Positions 9,250-17,277 of a stretch of 64,000 nucleotides of DNA are shown here, in pieces (position 1 is the first letter of the stretch; the number at the start of each line of letters is the position of its first letter). The position numbers and the translations under genes were made by a program. Below the pieces are notes generated by a model. That model had not been told where the DNA came from and did no database searches. It saw only the letters and a list, made by a program, of their open reading frames with translations. This stretch comes from Acidobacteriota bacterium (GTDB lineage Bacteria > Acidobacteriota > Terriglobia > UBA7540). Location: positions 4,427 through 68,426 of the forward strand of contig JAMCXS010000024.1 of NCBI GenBank assembly GCA_023474345.1, read 5' to 3'.

Positions 9250-11946
9250 ATGGACGAATTTCTCCGGCGTGAAGTTCGGTTGTTAACTACCCGCTTGGGC
9301 GCGATGGTCCAAGAGCAATGTGGGCGTGAGACCTTTGACACCATTGAGACTCTTCGGCGCTTGTCCAAGCAGATCCGCCAGAATCCGGATCCTGCGGCGC
9401 TGGCGGCATGCGACGACGCCGTGCAAAGCCTTTCGTTACGCCGTGCCTCCGACGTAGCCCATGCCTTCAGTCTCTTTTTCCATCTGGTAAACCTCTGTGA
9501 AGAGCGGCAGCGAGTGCGCCGGCTGCGGGCTTATGAAAAGCAAGAGTTGGGCGCGCCCATGTCGCTGCGCCGGACCTTCGGTACGGCGGCGCGACGCCAT
9601 CTTCCACCCGCGGCCCTGGCTCTCCTGGTGCGCTCGATGCGCATCGAACCCGTCCTGACAGCGCACCCCACGGAGGCGAAGCGCCGGAGCGTCTTTAATC
9701 ACGTGCTTCGCATCGGCCAATCGCTTGATGCTCTCGGCGATTCCCCGGAACGCTCGATTGAAAAATCCGTTGACCCATGGATTGAAGCTCTCTGGCTTAC
9801 CGAAGAGGTTCGCGAGCATCCGGTGACTCCGGAACTTGAAGTCGAAAACTCACTGGTCTTCCTTGAAAGAACCATCTACGATCTGGCGGGCATTTTTTGG
9901 GAACACTTCAAAGAAGAGCTTGGCCGTTTTGCGCCGCGCCTGGCGGCAGATCAGCCTGTCATTCGCTTCGGGTCCTGGGTGGGAGCGGACCGCGACGGGA
10001 ATCCGAACGTTACACCCGAAACCAGCTTGGAGGCCGCCGAGCGGCTTCGCCTGAGCATACTGGGATACTATCGCCGGAACCTGGATCGTTTCCTGGGGCT
10101 GATCTCCTTTCCGTGCTCAGGGCCGGGACTGGAGCGCAAGCTTCGCCGGGATATCTCCCGCGATATGCGGCGCTTCCCTGCCACCCGCGTGTTCAACAAT
10201 GTTGACCAGCCGCGCGAGTTTTATCGTCGCAAAATCCGCATCATGCTCTGGAGGCTCGAACAAACCGCGGAAAGAGCCCAGGGAGCCTATTCTGATCCGG
10301 GCGAATTCGAACGCGACGTTAAACTTCTGGAGCAGGCGCTTCTCGAGCATCCCAGTCCGCGCTTGGCTTCCCTTGCCCCCGGTCGATTGCGCACCGCCAC
10401 CCAAGTTTTCGGCTTTCACGCCGCCAGCTTGGATTTCCGCCAGCACGCTTCCCTGGTACGAGCTGCGGCGGAGGAGATCCTGCGCTCGGCGCATTTGTCG
10501 CTGGAACCCGAAGATGCGCGAATTCGCTCCATTCATTCTCTCCTGGCAACCCATCCATCCCCAATCGACGTATCCCCGTCCACCCGCCGGGTCATTGAAG
10601 AATTCGAAACTCTCAAAAAAATTCAGAAGTGTTGCGGGGAGCCGGCGTCGCACCGTTACATCTTGAGCATGAGCCATCGGGCGGCTGATCTCTGGGACGT
10701 GCTGCTGCTCGGCTGGCAGGCCGGACTGGTCCAATCCGACAGCGCCGGCCAATACCGCTCCAGCTTCGATGCGATTCCGCTTTTTGAAACGCTGGATGAC
10801 CTTGAGGCCGGACCGGAAATCATGGACCGGCTTCTGAAAGATCCCGTCTACCACCGCGTGTTGCGCTCTCGGGACAATTTCCAGGAAGTTATGCTGGGCT
10901 ATTCCGACTCGGTGAAAGACGGCGGATATTTTGCGGCCAATTGGGCCTTGTTCAAAGCGCAGAAGCGCCTTGGGGAAGTTGCCGAAAAACACCGCGTGCG
11001 TCTGGGGCTGTTTCACGGCAAGGGAGGAACCATCGGGCGCGGCGGAGGACAATCCCATCGCAGCGTGCAGGCTCAGCCCTACGCGGCGCCGGGAGGCCGG
11101 ATACGGATCACCGAACAGGGAGAGGTGATTTCGCTAAAATACGCTGATCTCGAAATCGCCGAGAGAAATTTGGAGCAACTGGTCACTTCGGTGCTGGACA
11201 CGCACTTCGTCCACCGCGAGGACCAGCCGCAGCCGGAACAACTCAATCGCTGGGGGGAATACTCCGAGGAAATCGCTCTTGCCAGCAGCGACTTCTACCG
11301 CCGTCTGGTTTACGGGACGCCGGGTTTTGTGGAATTTTTCCGGCAGGCGACTCCGATTGACCTTATCGAAAATCTGCGCCTGGGCTCGCGGCCCAGCCGG
11401 CGTTCCAACACGAAGGACTTGAGCACTCTCCGAGCCATCCCCTGGGTATTTGCCTGGACGCAATCACGCCATTTCATTCCCGCCTGGTACGGTCTGGGGT
11501 ACGGAATTCAAGAATTCCTGGAGCAACACTCTTCCCACGGCCTTGATTTGCTGCGCGAGATGTACCGTCACTGGCGATTCTTTGCGGTGCTCATTGACAA
11601 TGCCGAAGCCTCGCTGGCCAAGACCGACCTCTACATCGCCCGCCGCTACGATGCCTTGTGCCGTCCGGCGAGCTTGCGGCAGGAAATCTCCGGCCGCGTT
11701 GAGGAGGAGTATCAGCGCACCGTGCGGTGCGTCCTCGAAATTACCGAGTCCAAGCGCCTCCTCGAACGCCAGCCGGTGCTTGAAGAGTCCATCCGTTTGC
11801 GCAATCCGTACGTCGATCCCTTGAATTTCCTCCAAATCAGATTCCTCGAAAAGTGGCGTCGCGCGCGCCGGCCCTCCCCGGAGCTCCACCGCCTTCTCCA
11901 GATCACCGTGGGCGGCATTGCCTTCGGAATGAAAAGCACTGGTTAG
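9250..11946 (+). CDS. ppc: phosphoenolpyruvate carboxylase
   Basis: 898-aa ORF with the VLTAHPTE motif, GYSDSVKDGG, FHGKGGTIGRGGG, and a C-terminal GIAFGMKSTG. Confidence 0.95.
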   Translation: MDEFLRREVRLLTTRLGAMVQEQCGRETFDTIETLRRLSKQIRQNPDPAALAACDDAVQSLSLRRASDVAHAFSLFFHLVNLCEERQRVRRLRAYEKQELGAPMSLRRTFGTAARRHLPPAALALLVRSMRIEPVLTAHPTEAKRRSVFNHVLRIGQSLDALGDSPERSIEKSVDPWIEALWLTEEVREHPVTPELEVENSLVFLERTIYDLAGIFWEHFKEELGRFAPRLAADQPVIRFGSWVGADRDGNPNVTPETSLEAAERLRLSILGYYRRNLDRFLGLISFPCSGPGLERKLRRDISRDMRRFPATRVFNNVDQPREFYRRKIRIMLWRLEQTAERAQGAYSDPGEFERDVKLLEQALLEHPSPRLASLAPGRLRTATQVFGFHAASLDFRQHASLVRAAAEEILRSAHLSLEPEDARIRSIHSLLATHPSPIDVSPSTRRVIEEFETLKKIQKCCGEPASHRYILSMSHRAADLWDVLLLGWQAGLVQSDSAGQYRSSFDAIPLFETLDDLEAGPEIMDRLLKDPVYHRVLRSRDNFQEVMLGYSDSVKDGGYFAANWALFKAQKRLGEVAEKHRVRLGLFHGKGGTIGRGGGQSHRSVQAQPYAAPGGRIRITEQGEVISLKYADLEIAERNLEQLVTSVLDTHFVHREDQPQPEQLNRWGEYSEEIALASSDFYRRLVYGTPGFVEFFRQATPIDLIENLRLGSRPSRRSNTKDLSTLRAIPWVFAWTQSRHFIPAWYGLGYGIQEFLEQHSSHGLDLLREMYRHWRFFAVLIDNAEASLAKTDLYIARRYDALCRPASLRQEISGRVEEEYQRTVRCVLEITESKRLLERQPVLEESIRLRNPYVDPLNFLQIRFLEKWRRARRPSPELHRLLQITVGGIAFGMKSTG

Positions 11947-12107
11947 CCGCAACGTCGTAGCCCGCCATAGGAACAAACGAGCCACCGCTGCGGCATGATA
12001 AACCCGCGCCCACTCCTCAAAAGCGCGCGGTGAGGACACCGCGCCTACAACAATGGGGCCCGGCGTTACCTGCTACAGGAGAGGCCCGAGGCAGGAGGTG
12101 ATTATTT

Positions 12108-13088
12108 TCATTGCGCTGTCCGTGCCGGCATGTATCGTTCCACCCAGGAGAGCGCGTCCTGCACATAGGCCGCGGGGAGTTTGTGTCCGGAATCAAACCA
12201 GATCAATTTTGTATTGGGTCCTTTAAGATAGTCGCGATAGGAGGCCTCCACCTTAGCCGGGTCGCCCAGGGTATCCTTCCGGCCCATGAGCATGAGAAAG
12301 GGTGTCTTGCCGATTCCCCACGTATAGTCAATGGGCGATGTAGGCCCATAGCCCGGATTATACAAGGGCGGCACGCAGGCCACCGCCACCTTGATGAGCG
12401 GCTCAACCGACAGCAGATAAAACGCGTCCATGCCGCCCATGCTGTAGCCGACCAAACCGATGCGCTTCATGTCGATGTCGCCGCGCCGGGCCATATAATC
12501 GAGCGCCCGCTGGTAATCCTTGGTGGTCTGGACGCTGATCTCCGTGAATGTGAAGTAATTGCGGACGGGAGGCGCGTTCTTCGAGTTGAAGGTATTGACT
12601 TCGTGGTAGTCAATCATGTTGCTGCGTTCCCCGTGCGTGGCCGCGTCCAGAGCCAAAATCGCGTAGCCCGCCCTGAGCAGCGCCCGGCGCATCAGGGCGC
12701 CGTGGTAAATATTATGCTCGACATACCACACGTCCTTGGACCCTGACCAGCCGTGCAGCAGCAGCACGAGCGGATACGGCTTTTTCCCCGCCTTGGGAAA
12801 CTCCAGGTAGCCGGGCACCAGAAAATTCTGGGCGCCCCGAAAAACAATCTTCTCCCGCACGCTCTCGGGCTTGTCCCATCGCCACACCACTCGCGCATGC
12901 AGAGGTATCGACGGGTCAATCGCAAAGAAAGGCAGCCGCGCGAGGAATCCCTCTTTTGACACCCGAGGATATGGGGCCGACTGCTGCGCGGCGGGCGCCC
13001 CGCACAGCACAACCCCGGCGAGCATCAACCCGACCGCCAGAGAAACCAAATTCTTCCTGAAACCATTAATGACTGCGTTCCTTGCCAT
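12108..13088 (-). CDS. alpha/beta hydrolase (dienelactone hydrolase / acetyl-xylan-esterase-like), secreted
   Basis: Nucleophile elbow GYSMGG and HGWSGSK motif. I place the start at ATG 13088 (MARNAVINGF...) because GAGGAGGG lies 7 nt upstream. The track ORF extends to 13148. A signal-like hydrophobic stretch follows the start. Confidence 0.8.
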   Translation of the reverse strand: MARNAVINGFRKNLVSLAVGLMLAGVVLCGAPAAQQSAPYPRVSKEGFLARLPFFAIDPSIPLHARVVWRWDKPESVREKIVFRGAQNFLVPGYLEFPKAGKKPYPLVLLLHGWSGSKDVWYVEHNIYHGALMRRALLRAGYAILALDAATHGERSNMIDYHEVNTFNSKNAPPVRNYFTFTEISVQTTKDYQRALDYMARRGDIDMKRIGLVGYSMGGMDAFYLLSVEPLIKVAVACVPPLYNPGYGPTSPIDYTWGIGKTPFLMLMGRKDTLGDPAKVEASYRDYLKGPNTKLIWFDSGHKLPAAYVQDALSWVERYMPARTAQ

Positions 13089-13154
13089 GCCAGAACCCTC
13101 CTCAAGATGACGCACAGAATAAATGAATAAGTATAAACCCGCATCCATGAATTA

Positions 13155-13243
13155 GCGGCCGCGGCACCGCGCTCGTGCCGTGACAATTTCTCGCGCGACG
13201 GCATGACGAACCCAGGCAGATAGAGCCTGCCGTGGGTACCAGC
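13155..13243. repeat. REP-like palindromic repeat, family R1, copy a
   Basis: About 89 bp, closely matching 13421-13518. It contains stem TCGTGCCGT...ACGGCATGA (one mismatch) and a second stem around GGCAGATAGAGCCTGCCGTGG. Confidence 0.8.
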
Positions 13244-13274
13244 TTGCGCCGGCGTCGGACACCCTACTTTTCGC

Positions 13275-13414
13275 TTGTTATCCTGAGCGCAGCGAAGGAT
13301 CGCCGCAGTGGCATTGAAGGTAGACTCCGCGCAGCATCCCTCAATCCTCGCGCGAGGCAAGGCAGAGTCGAAATCCAGGGATTCCTCGCCTGCTCGGCAG
13401 GCTCGGAATGACAA
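13275..13414. repeat. MITE-like 140-bp element (family R3) with imperfect terminal inverted repeats
   Basis: The left end is TTGTTATCCTGAGCGCAGCGAAGGATC. The reverse complement of the right end is TTGTCATTCCGAGCCTGCCGAGCAGGCGAGGAATC. Shared termini are TTGTYATYCYGAGC...GA(A)GGA(A)TC. It sits between the two R1 copies. Confidence 0.6.
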
Positions 13415-13420
13415 TCAATG

Positions 13421-13518
13421 GTAGCGGTAGCCACGGTGCCGCGCTCGTGCCGTGGGAATTTTCCGCGCGACGGCACGACAACCCCACGGCAGATAAAGCC
13501 TGGCCGTGGGTATCAGGC
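13421..13518. repeat. REP-like palindromic repeat, family R1, copy b
   Basis: Perfect 9-bp stem TCGTGCCGT (13445-13453) / ACGGCACGA (13470-13478). Perfect 7-bp stem CCACGGC (13484-13490) / GCCGTGG (13503-13509). It begins with GGTAGCCAC. Confidence 0.85.
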
Positions 13519-13550
13519 TGTCCAGCCGTCCCTCTGCGGGAATTGACGGC

Positions 13551-15092
13551 CTACTTTTCGTCGATCAATTTCACAAGAGCGCCCGTGACCATCCCAGCCG
13601 CGTCCGGCCCCACGGAGTTAATTTCTCCGTACCAGCGATGTGATCGGTTTTTGAGCCACGGCGGCCGGTTGTCCCATTCCGCCCTGGGAATGATGTATCC
13701 AATCTCGTCATTCGCCAGGCCAAAGATGAATTGATATTGGCTTTTCAGGTGGGGCCGCAGGATCGGCTCAAACCGAGCATCCGGGAAATCAGCTCCCGGA
13801 TAGCGCGTGATGCCGCCGTTCACCAGTTCCGGATAGATTTCTCCGGGGATCGTCGCGATTTCAGCAACCACCTGACGGCCGTCCAGAAACTGGATGTAAT
13901 CGACCTCCGAGCGGATGTCCCGGCCCGTCGCGTATTTCACTGTCTTCAGACCGCCGAGTTGTTTTTCGATCCCCGCCGCTTCCGCAGCGCCGCCCCCGTA
14001 ACTCTCGATCAGTTGCGTCAGGAATGAGAGGGGCTTTTCCGCGATGGCGGGGTCGAGCTTGCCGTTCGTATAAACAGGACGCGATTGGCCCAACACCCCC
14101 ATGCCTTCGTCAAGGCGAAATAACTTGTTGCTCAAGGGAATGTCAATCTCCGCGTGCCTGATCACCATTCGATCCACGCTCGCGCGGTGGCCCTCCCGGC
14201 GCAGCGCTCGAACGGCCACTTCGCCGACCGTGTTTCCCACCAGCCTGGCTTTCTCCCAAGTCCCGTCTGTCGCCACCTGCCCGGTCTCCGGGTCAAGGAG
14301 CGACACTTGATTCCCCAGCGCCGAGAGCAATCCGCCCACCGAACCATTCACGAATACCGCCGTCCCGCCTTCATGCTCTTCGACGTAACGGCAAAGCCAG
14401 TGCGGGTAGTCCGCGGTGATCAGGGTATTCTTGCTGGCCAGAACCTCAGGATGGTCGCTCCAGTTGATCAGGGTCGCAATCGGTTTGCCGGTTGCGGCTG
14501 ATGTGAAGCGCATCAGGAACAGGTAAGGGTCTTTCACATACGGCGGCCGGCTGTCATCCTGCAGCAGATTCAGCAGCGGCGAATGATCTCGGGCGAGCGT
14601 CATACTGGCTTCCTGCATGCTGTTAACGGCACGGATCGCCGTCGCCGCGATTCGATCGACAACCCAGTTGAGATACTGCGGATTTACCCCGGATTTGAGC
14701 GGCCCCGGTCCCCACAGGCCGAGCGTGTCCGGCCCCTCGTGGTCGTGCGTGGAGGTCACAATCACCCGCGTTACTGCCGGCAATTGGCTTTCTACTTTTG
14801 AACGTACCTTTAAAACATCCGGATGGAAAAGGCCGATCAGGTCCGCCGCGCATACCACGAGAGTCTTCTGGCCGGTGCCAATTGCCAGGCAGCGGGCGTA
14901 GAGATTGTCATGGATGCCGGTTGCCACACGATCGGAATCGAAGCCGGCCATATAGACTTTTCCGGCGTGGACGTCGGGAGTAATGGACGTTTTCGCCGCG
15001 CCGGCGCGCAGAGCAAATCCCTGCACGCTGATAAAGGATCCTGCAAGACACAAGAAAATTGCTGCTTGCCTAAATCGGTAGCCTGAAATCAC
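13551..15092 (-). CDS. neutral/alkaline ceramidase-like N-terminal-domain hydrolase, secreted
   Basis: 513-aa ORF with a GTG start and GGGAGG about 10 nt upstream. It has a signal peptide. The region AAKTSITPDVHAGKVYMAGFDSDRVATGIHDNLYARCLAIG...VVCAADL is typical of the ceramidase N-terminal family. Confidence 0.75.
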   Translation of the reverse strand: MISGYRFRQAAIFLCLAGSFISVQGFALRAGAAKTSITPDVHAGKVYMAGFDSDRVATGIHDNLYARCLAIGTGQKTLVVCAADLIGLFHPDVLKVRSKVESQLPAVTRVIVTSTHDHEGPDTLGLWGPGPLKSGVNPQYLNWVVDRIAATAIRAVNSMQEASMTLARDHSPLLNLLQDDSRPPYVKDPYLFLMRFTSAATGKPIATLINWSDHPEVLASKNTLITADYPHWLCRYVEEHEGGTAVFVNGSVGGLLSALGNQVSLLDPETGQVATDGTWEKARLVGNTVGEVAVRALRREGHRASVDRMVIRHAEIDIPLSNKLFRLDEGMGVLGQSRPVYTNGKLDPAIAEKPLSFLTQLIESYGGGAAEAAGIEKQLGGLKTVKYATGRDIRSEVDYIQFLDGRQVVAEIATIPGEIYPELVNGGITRYPGADFPDARFEPILRPHLKSQYQFIFGLANDEIGYIIPRAEWDNRPPWLKNRSHRWYGEINSVGPDAAGMVTGALVKLIDEK

Positions 15093-15554
15093 TGTTGCTT
15101 ACCTCCCTCTGAATCGTTCCCCGGAAACCGGGCCTGCAAAATTAGCTGCTTACCATCTCTGTGTAGCGTAGGTTCTTGGGTGGCGCATACACGCTGCCGT
15201 CTGGCGCGTGTGCGATCCATGAATAAGGCGCCGACCCATGGCGGATTGTACTCCGGGAAACGCTCCTTGCAAAGATCGGCGGGCGACTCCCGGCCCCTGG
15301 GACCGGTTGTAGCGAATCCTCAGGACGCAGTGCATCACGCTCCGCGGGTTTTCTCGCAGAGAATATACCACATTGCGATGTCTTGGCGTAGCGGCGCTGT
15401 AGCGGCGATCTGTAATCGCCGGAGATGAGTTGGATTCCCAATCGGCGAACATAGTTCACTCCCTTCTTGGGCAATCGCCGCGACTCTGATATATTCAGGT
15501 GCACTCGGAGGTGTACCTCTGGAAAATCAAACTCTGGTCCTGCTTCGCGGTCAG

Positions 15555-16925
15555 GTGGGCGGCATCTTCCTGGGCGCTATTTTCCTGTTCATTGGTCTGG
15601 TCGCGTGGGGCCTCGCCGCGCTTCGCCAACGGGGCAGGGCGCGCATCTTTGTCCTGTTTGGCACATGGAGCGCGATGTATGGAGCCGGCATCCTCACCGG
15701 CGTGCCGGCTGTGGTCGCGCTGCTGCCCCAGCGCCTTCAGGCCGCCGTTCCATATCTGGACACTTTTATCTCGTACCTGATCCTGGTTGTAGGTTTACTC
15801 GCTTTTCTGGAGCTAAGCCTGGGCGGGCTTCGAATCTTCATTCAGGTGATGATCCTTGTGGGGCTCGGAATAGCTCTGGCAGGCATCTGCTTCTTCATCT
15901 TTGCCGGCTCAAACGGCAAATTGATCCCCTACAACAATTTCCTCGCCACCTGCGCCCTCCTGGTCCTGGCTACGGTCACCGCAGTGCCAAGACTATCCCG
16001 CAAGTTCCTGGTGCTGCCGAATCGCGGCGTTTTGGAAGTCGGCACGCTGGTTTTCACCGCGGAAGCCCTGTATGTCAACGTGACGCGCCAGCTAGGCTAT
16101 CGGACTCCACAACTCTTTGACTATTTGGGATTTGCCGTTCTCCTCTTGTGTTTCGGGTATGTTGTCATAAAGATGGCCCTGGCAAAGGAGAGCCAGTTGC
16201 TTTCCATTGAAAACGAGCTGGCTATCGCTCGCGACATACAAAACTCGATTCTTCCGAGCGGCGTTCCGGCGCTCCACAACCTCCGTATCACCACTGCGTA
16301 CCATCCGATGACCGCCGTCGCCGGCGATTTTTATGATTTCATTCCGGTAGATCAAAACCGGGCCGGCTTCCTGGTGGCTGACGTCTCCGGGCACGGTGTT
16401 CCCGCGGCGCTGATCGCAGCAATGATCAAGGTGGCGATGCAATCGGTCCGGTCTCAGGCCAACAATCCGTCGGAGGTGTTGCGTGGCCTGAACCGCGCCC
16501 TCTCCGGGCAACTGCGCGGCCAATTCGTCTCAGCGGCGTACCTGTGGATGGACACCGAGAATCACAAGGCTTTGTACTCAGCAGCGGGCCACCCGCCGCT
16601 TTTGCGCTGGCGGGATGGGGTGCTGGAGCGCATTGAAAGCAACGGGCTGCTCTTCGGAATCCGCCAGGACTCAGACTATCCCGTTCGCGACCTGCCGCTC
16701 AGATCAGGCGACCGCTTCCTGCTTTATACCGATGGCGTCACCGAACCCGAGAATACCGCCGGCAAATCCTTTGGCGACAGCATGCTTGAACAGGTAGTTC
16801 GCAACAATCGCTCGCATTCCCCTTCGGAGTTGTCCGGCCAACTGCTCTCCGAGATTCGCCGCTGGCAACCCGCTTCCATCAGCCAGCAGGATGATATCAC
16901 GCTCCTCGTCATTGACGTGGTATAG
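15555..16925 (+). CDS. membrane-bound PP2C-family serine phosphatase (SpoIIE/RsbU-like)
   Basis: 456-aa ORF with an N-terminal region of about 200 aa containing multiple hydrophobic helices. The PP2C/SpoIIE core follows (AGDFYDF, LVADVSGHGVPAALIAAM, LLYTDGVTE, DDITLLVIDV). The start is uncertain because the frame is open upstream. Confidence 0.88.
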   Translation: MGGIFLGAIFLFIGLVAWGLAALRQRGRARIFVLFGTWSAMYGAGILTGVPAVVALLPQRLQAAVPYLDTFISYLILVVGLLAFLELSLGGLRIFIQVMILVGLGIALAGICFFIFAGSNGKLIPYNNFLATCALLVLATVTAVPRLSRKFLVLPNRGVLEVGTLVFTAEALYVNVTRQLGYRTPQLFDYLGFAVLLLCFGYVVIKMALAKESQLLSIENELAIARDIQNSILPSGVPALHNLRITTAYHPMTAVAGDFYDFIPVDQNRAGFLVADVSGHGVPAALIAAMIKVAMQSVRSQANNPSEVLRGLNRALSGQLRGQFVSAAYLWMDTENHKALYSAAGHPPLLRWRDGVLERIESNGLLFGIRQDSDYPVRDLPLRSGDRFLLYTDGVTEPENTAGKSFGDSMLEQVVRNNRSHSPSELSGQLLSEIRRWQPASISQQDDITLLVIDVV

Positions 16926-16926
16926 C

Positions 16927-16975
16927 TGGGTAGCCTCGGCACGGGTTTTGTGCCGTGGGATTTTTCCGTGCAACC
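16927..16975. repeat. REP-like repeat, family R1, shortened copy c
   Basis: GGTAGCCTCGGCACGGGTTTTGTGCCGTGGGATTTTTCCGTGC aligns with the GGTAGCCACGG...GTGCCGTGGGAATTTTCCGCGC part of copy b. Stem CGGCAC/GTGCCG. Confidence 0.65.
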
Positions 16976-16987
16976 TGTAAATAGCGG

Positions 16988-17035
16988 GTAGGGGCGATTC
17001 ACGAATCGCCCCCGCGCGGGAATTCGGAAATCACG
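16988..17035. repeat. palindromic repeat family R2, copy a
   Basis: GTAGGGGCGATTCACGAATCGCCCCCGCGCGGGAATTCGGAAATCACG is near-identical to 19448-19496. The 10-bp arms are GGGGCGATTC/GAATCGCCCC. Confidence 0.85.
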
Positions 17036-17041
17036 ACGGCC

Positions 17042-17061
17042 GGGCAATTCATAAATTGCCC
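17042..17061. repeat. R2-related hairpin
   Basis: GGGCAATTCATAAATTGCCC has 8-bp arms and the same architecture as the R2 core (GGGGCGATTCAYGAATCGCCCC). Confidence 0.6.
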
Positions 17062-17086
17062 CTACGGATCGGGCGACTGGTAGCCA

Positions 17087-17114
17087 CACTCAGTGCTTTG
17101 CTGAGTGGTTTTTT
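17087..17114 (+). terminator. rho-independent terminator candidate downstream of the SpoIIE-like gene
   Basis: Stem CACTCAG (17087-17093) / CTGAGTG (17101-17107) with a 7-nt loop, then G and TTTTTT (17109-17114). Confidence 0.6.
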
Positions 17115-17277
17115 GAGGATATGGTTTGGTGAAATGTCAAAGGTTCATCGCCGGCGCGCTGTGGACCGAATTGTTTTGCGAGCATCAATTTCCGGCGGCA
17201 GGTTGCGCCTTTCGACGGCTCCGAGCACCCGCCGCCTGGATCAAAAGGGCCACGCTCACAAGGGCACTGTGCGTGGC

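Noticed and set aside
13025-13476. ORFs 13025..13414 and 13264..13476 as genes
   Set aside because: They are translations of the R1 and R3 repeats (for example, the repeated ...RHERG... peptide comes from the two R1 copies).
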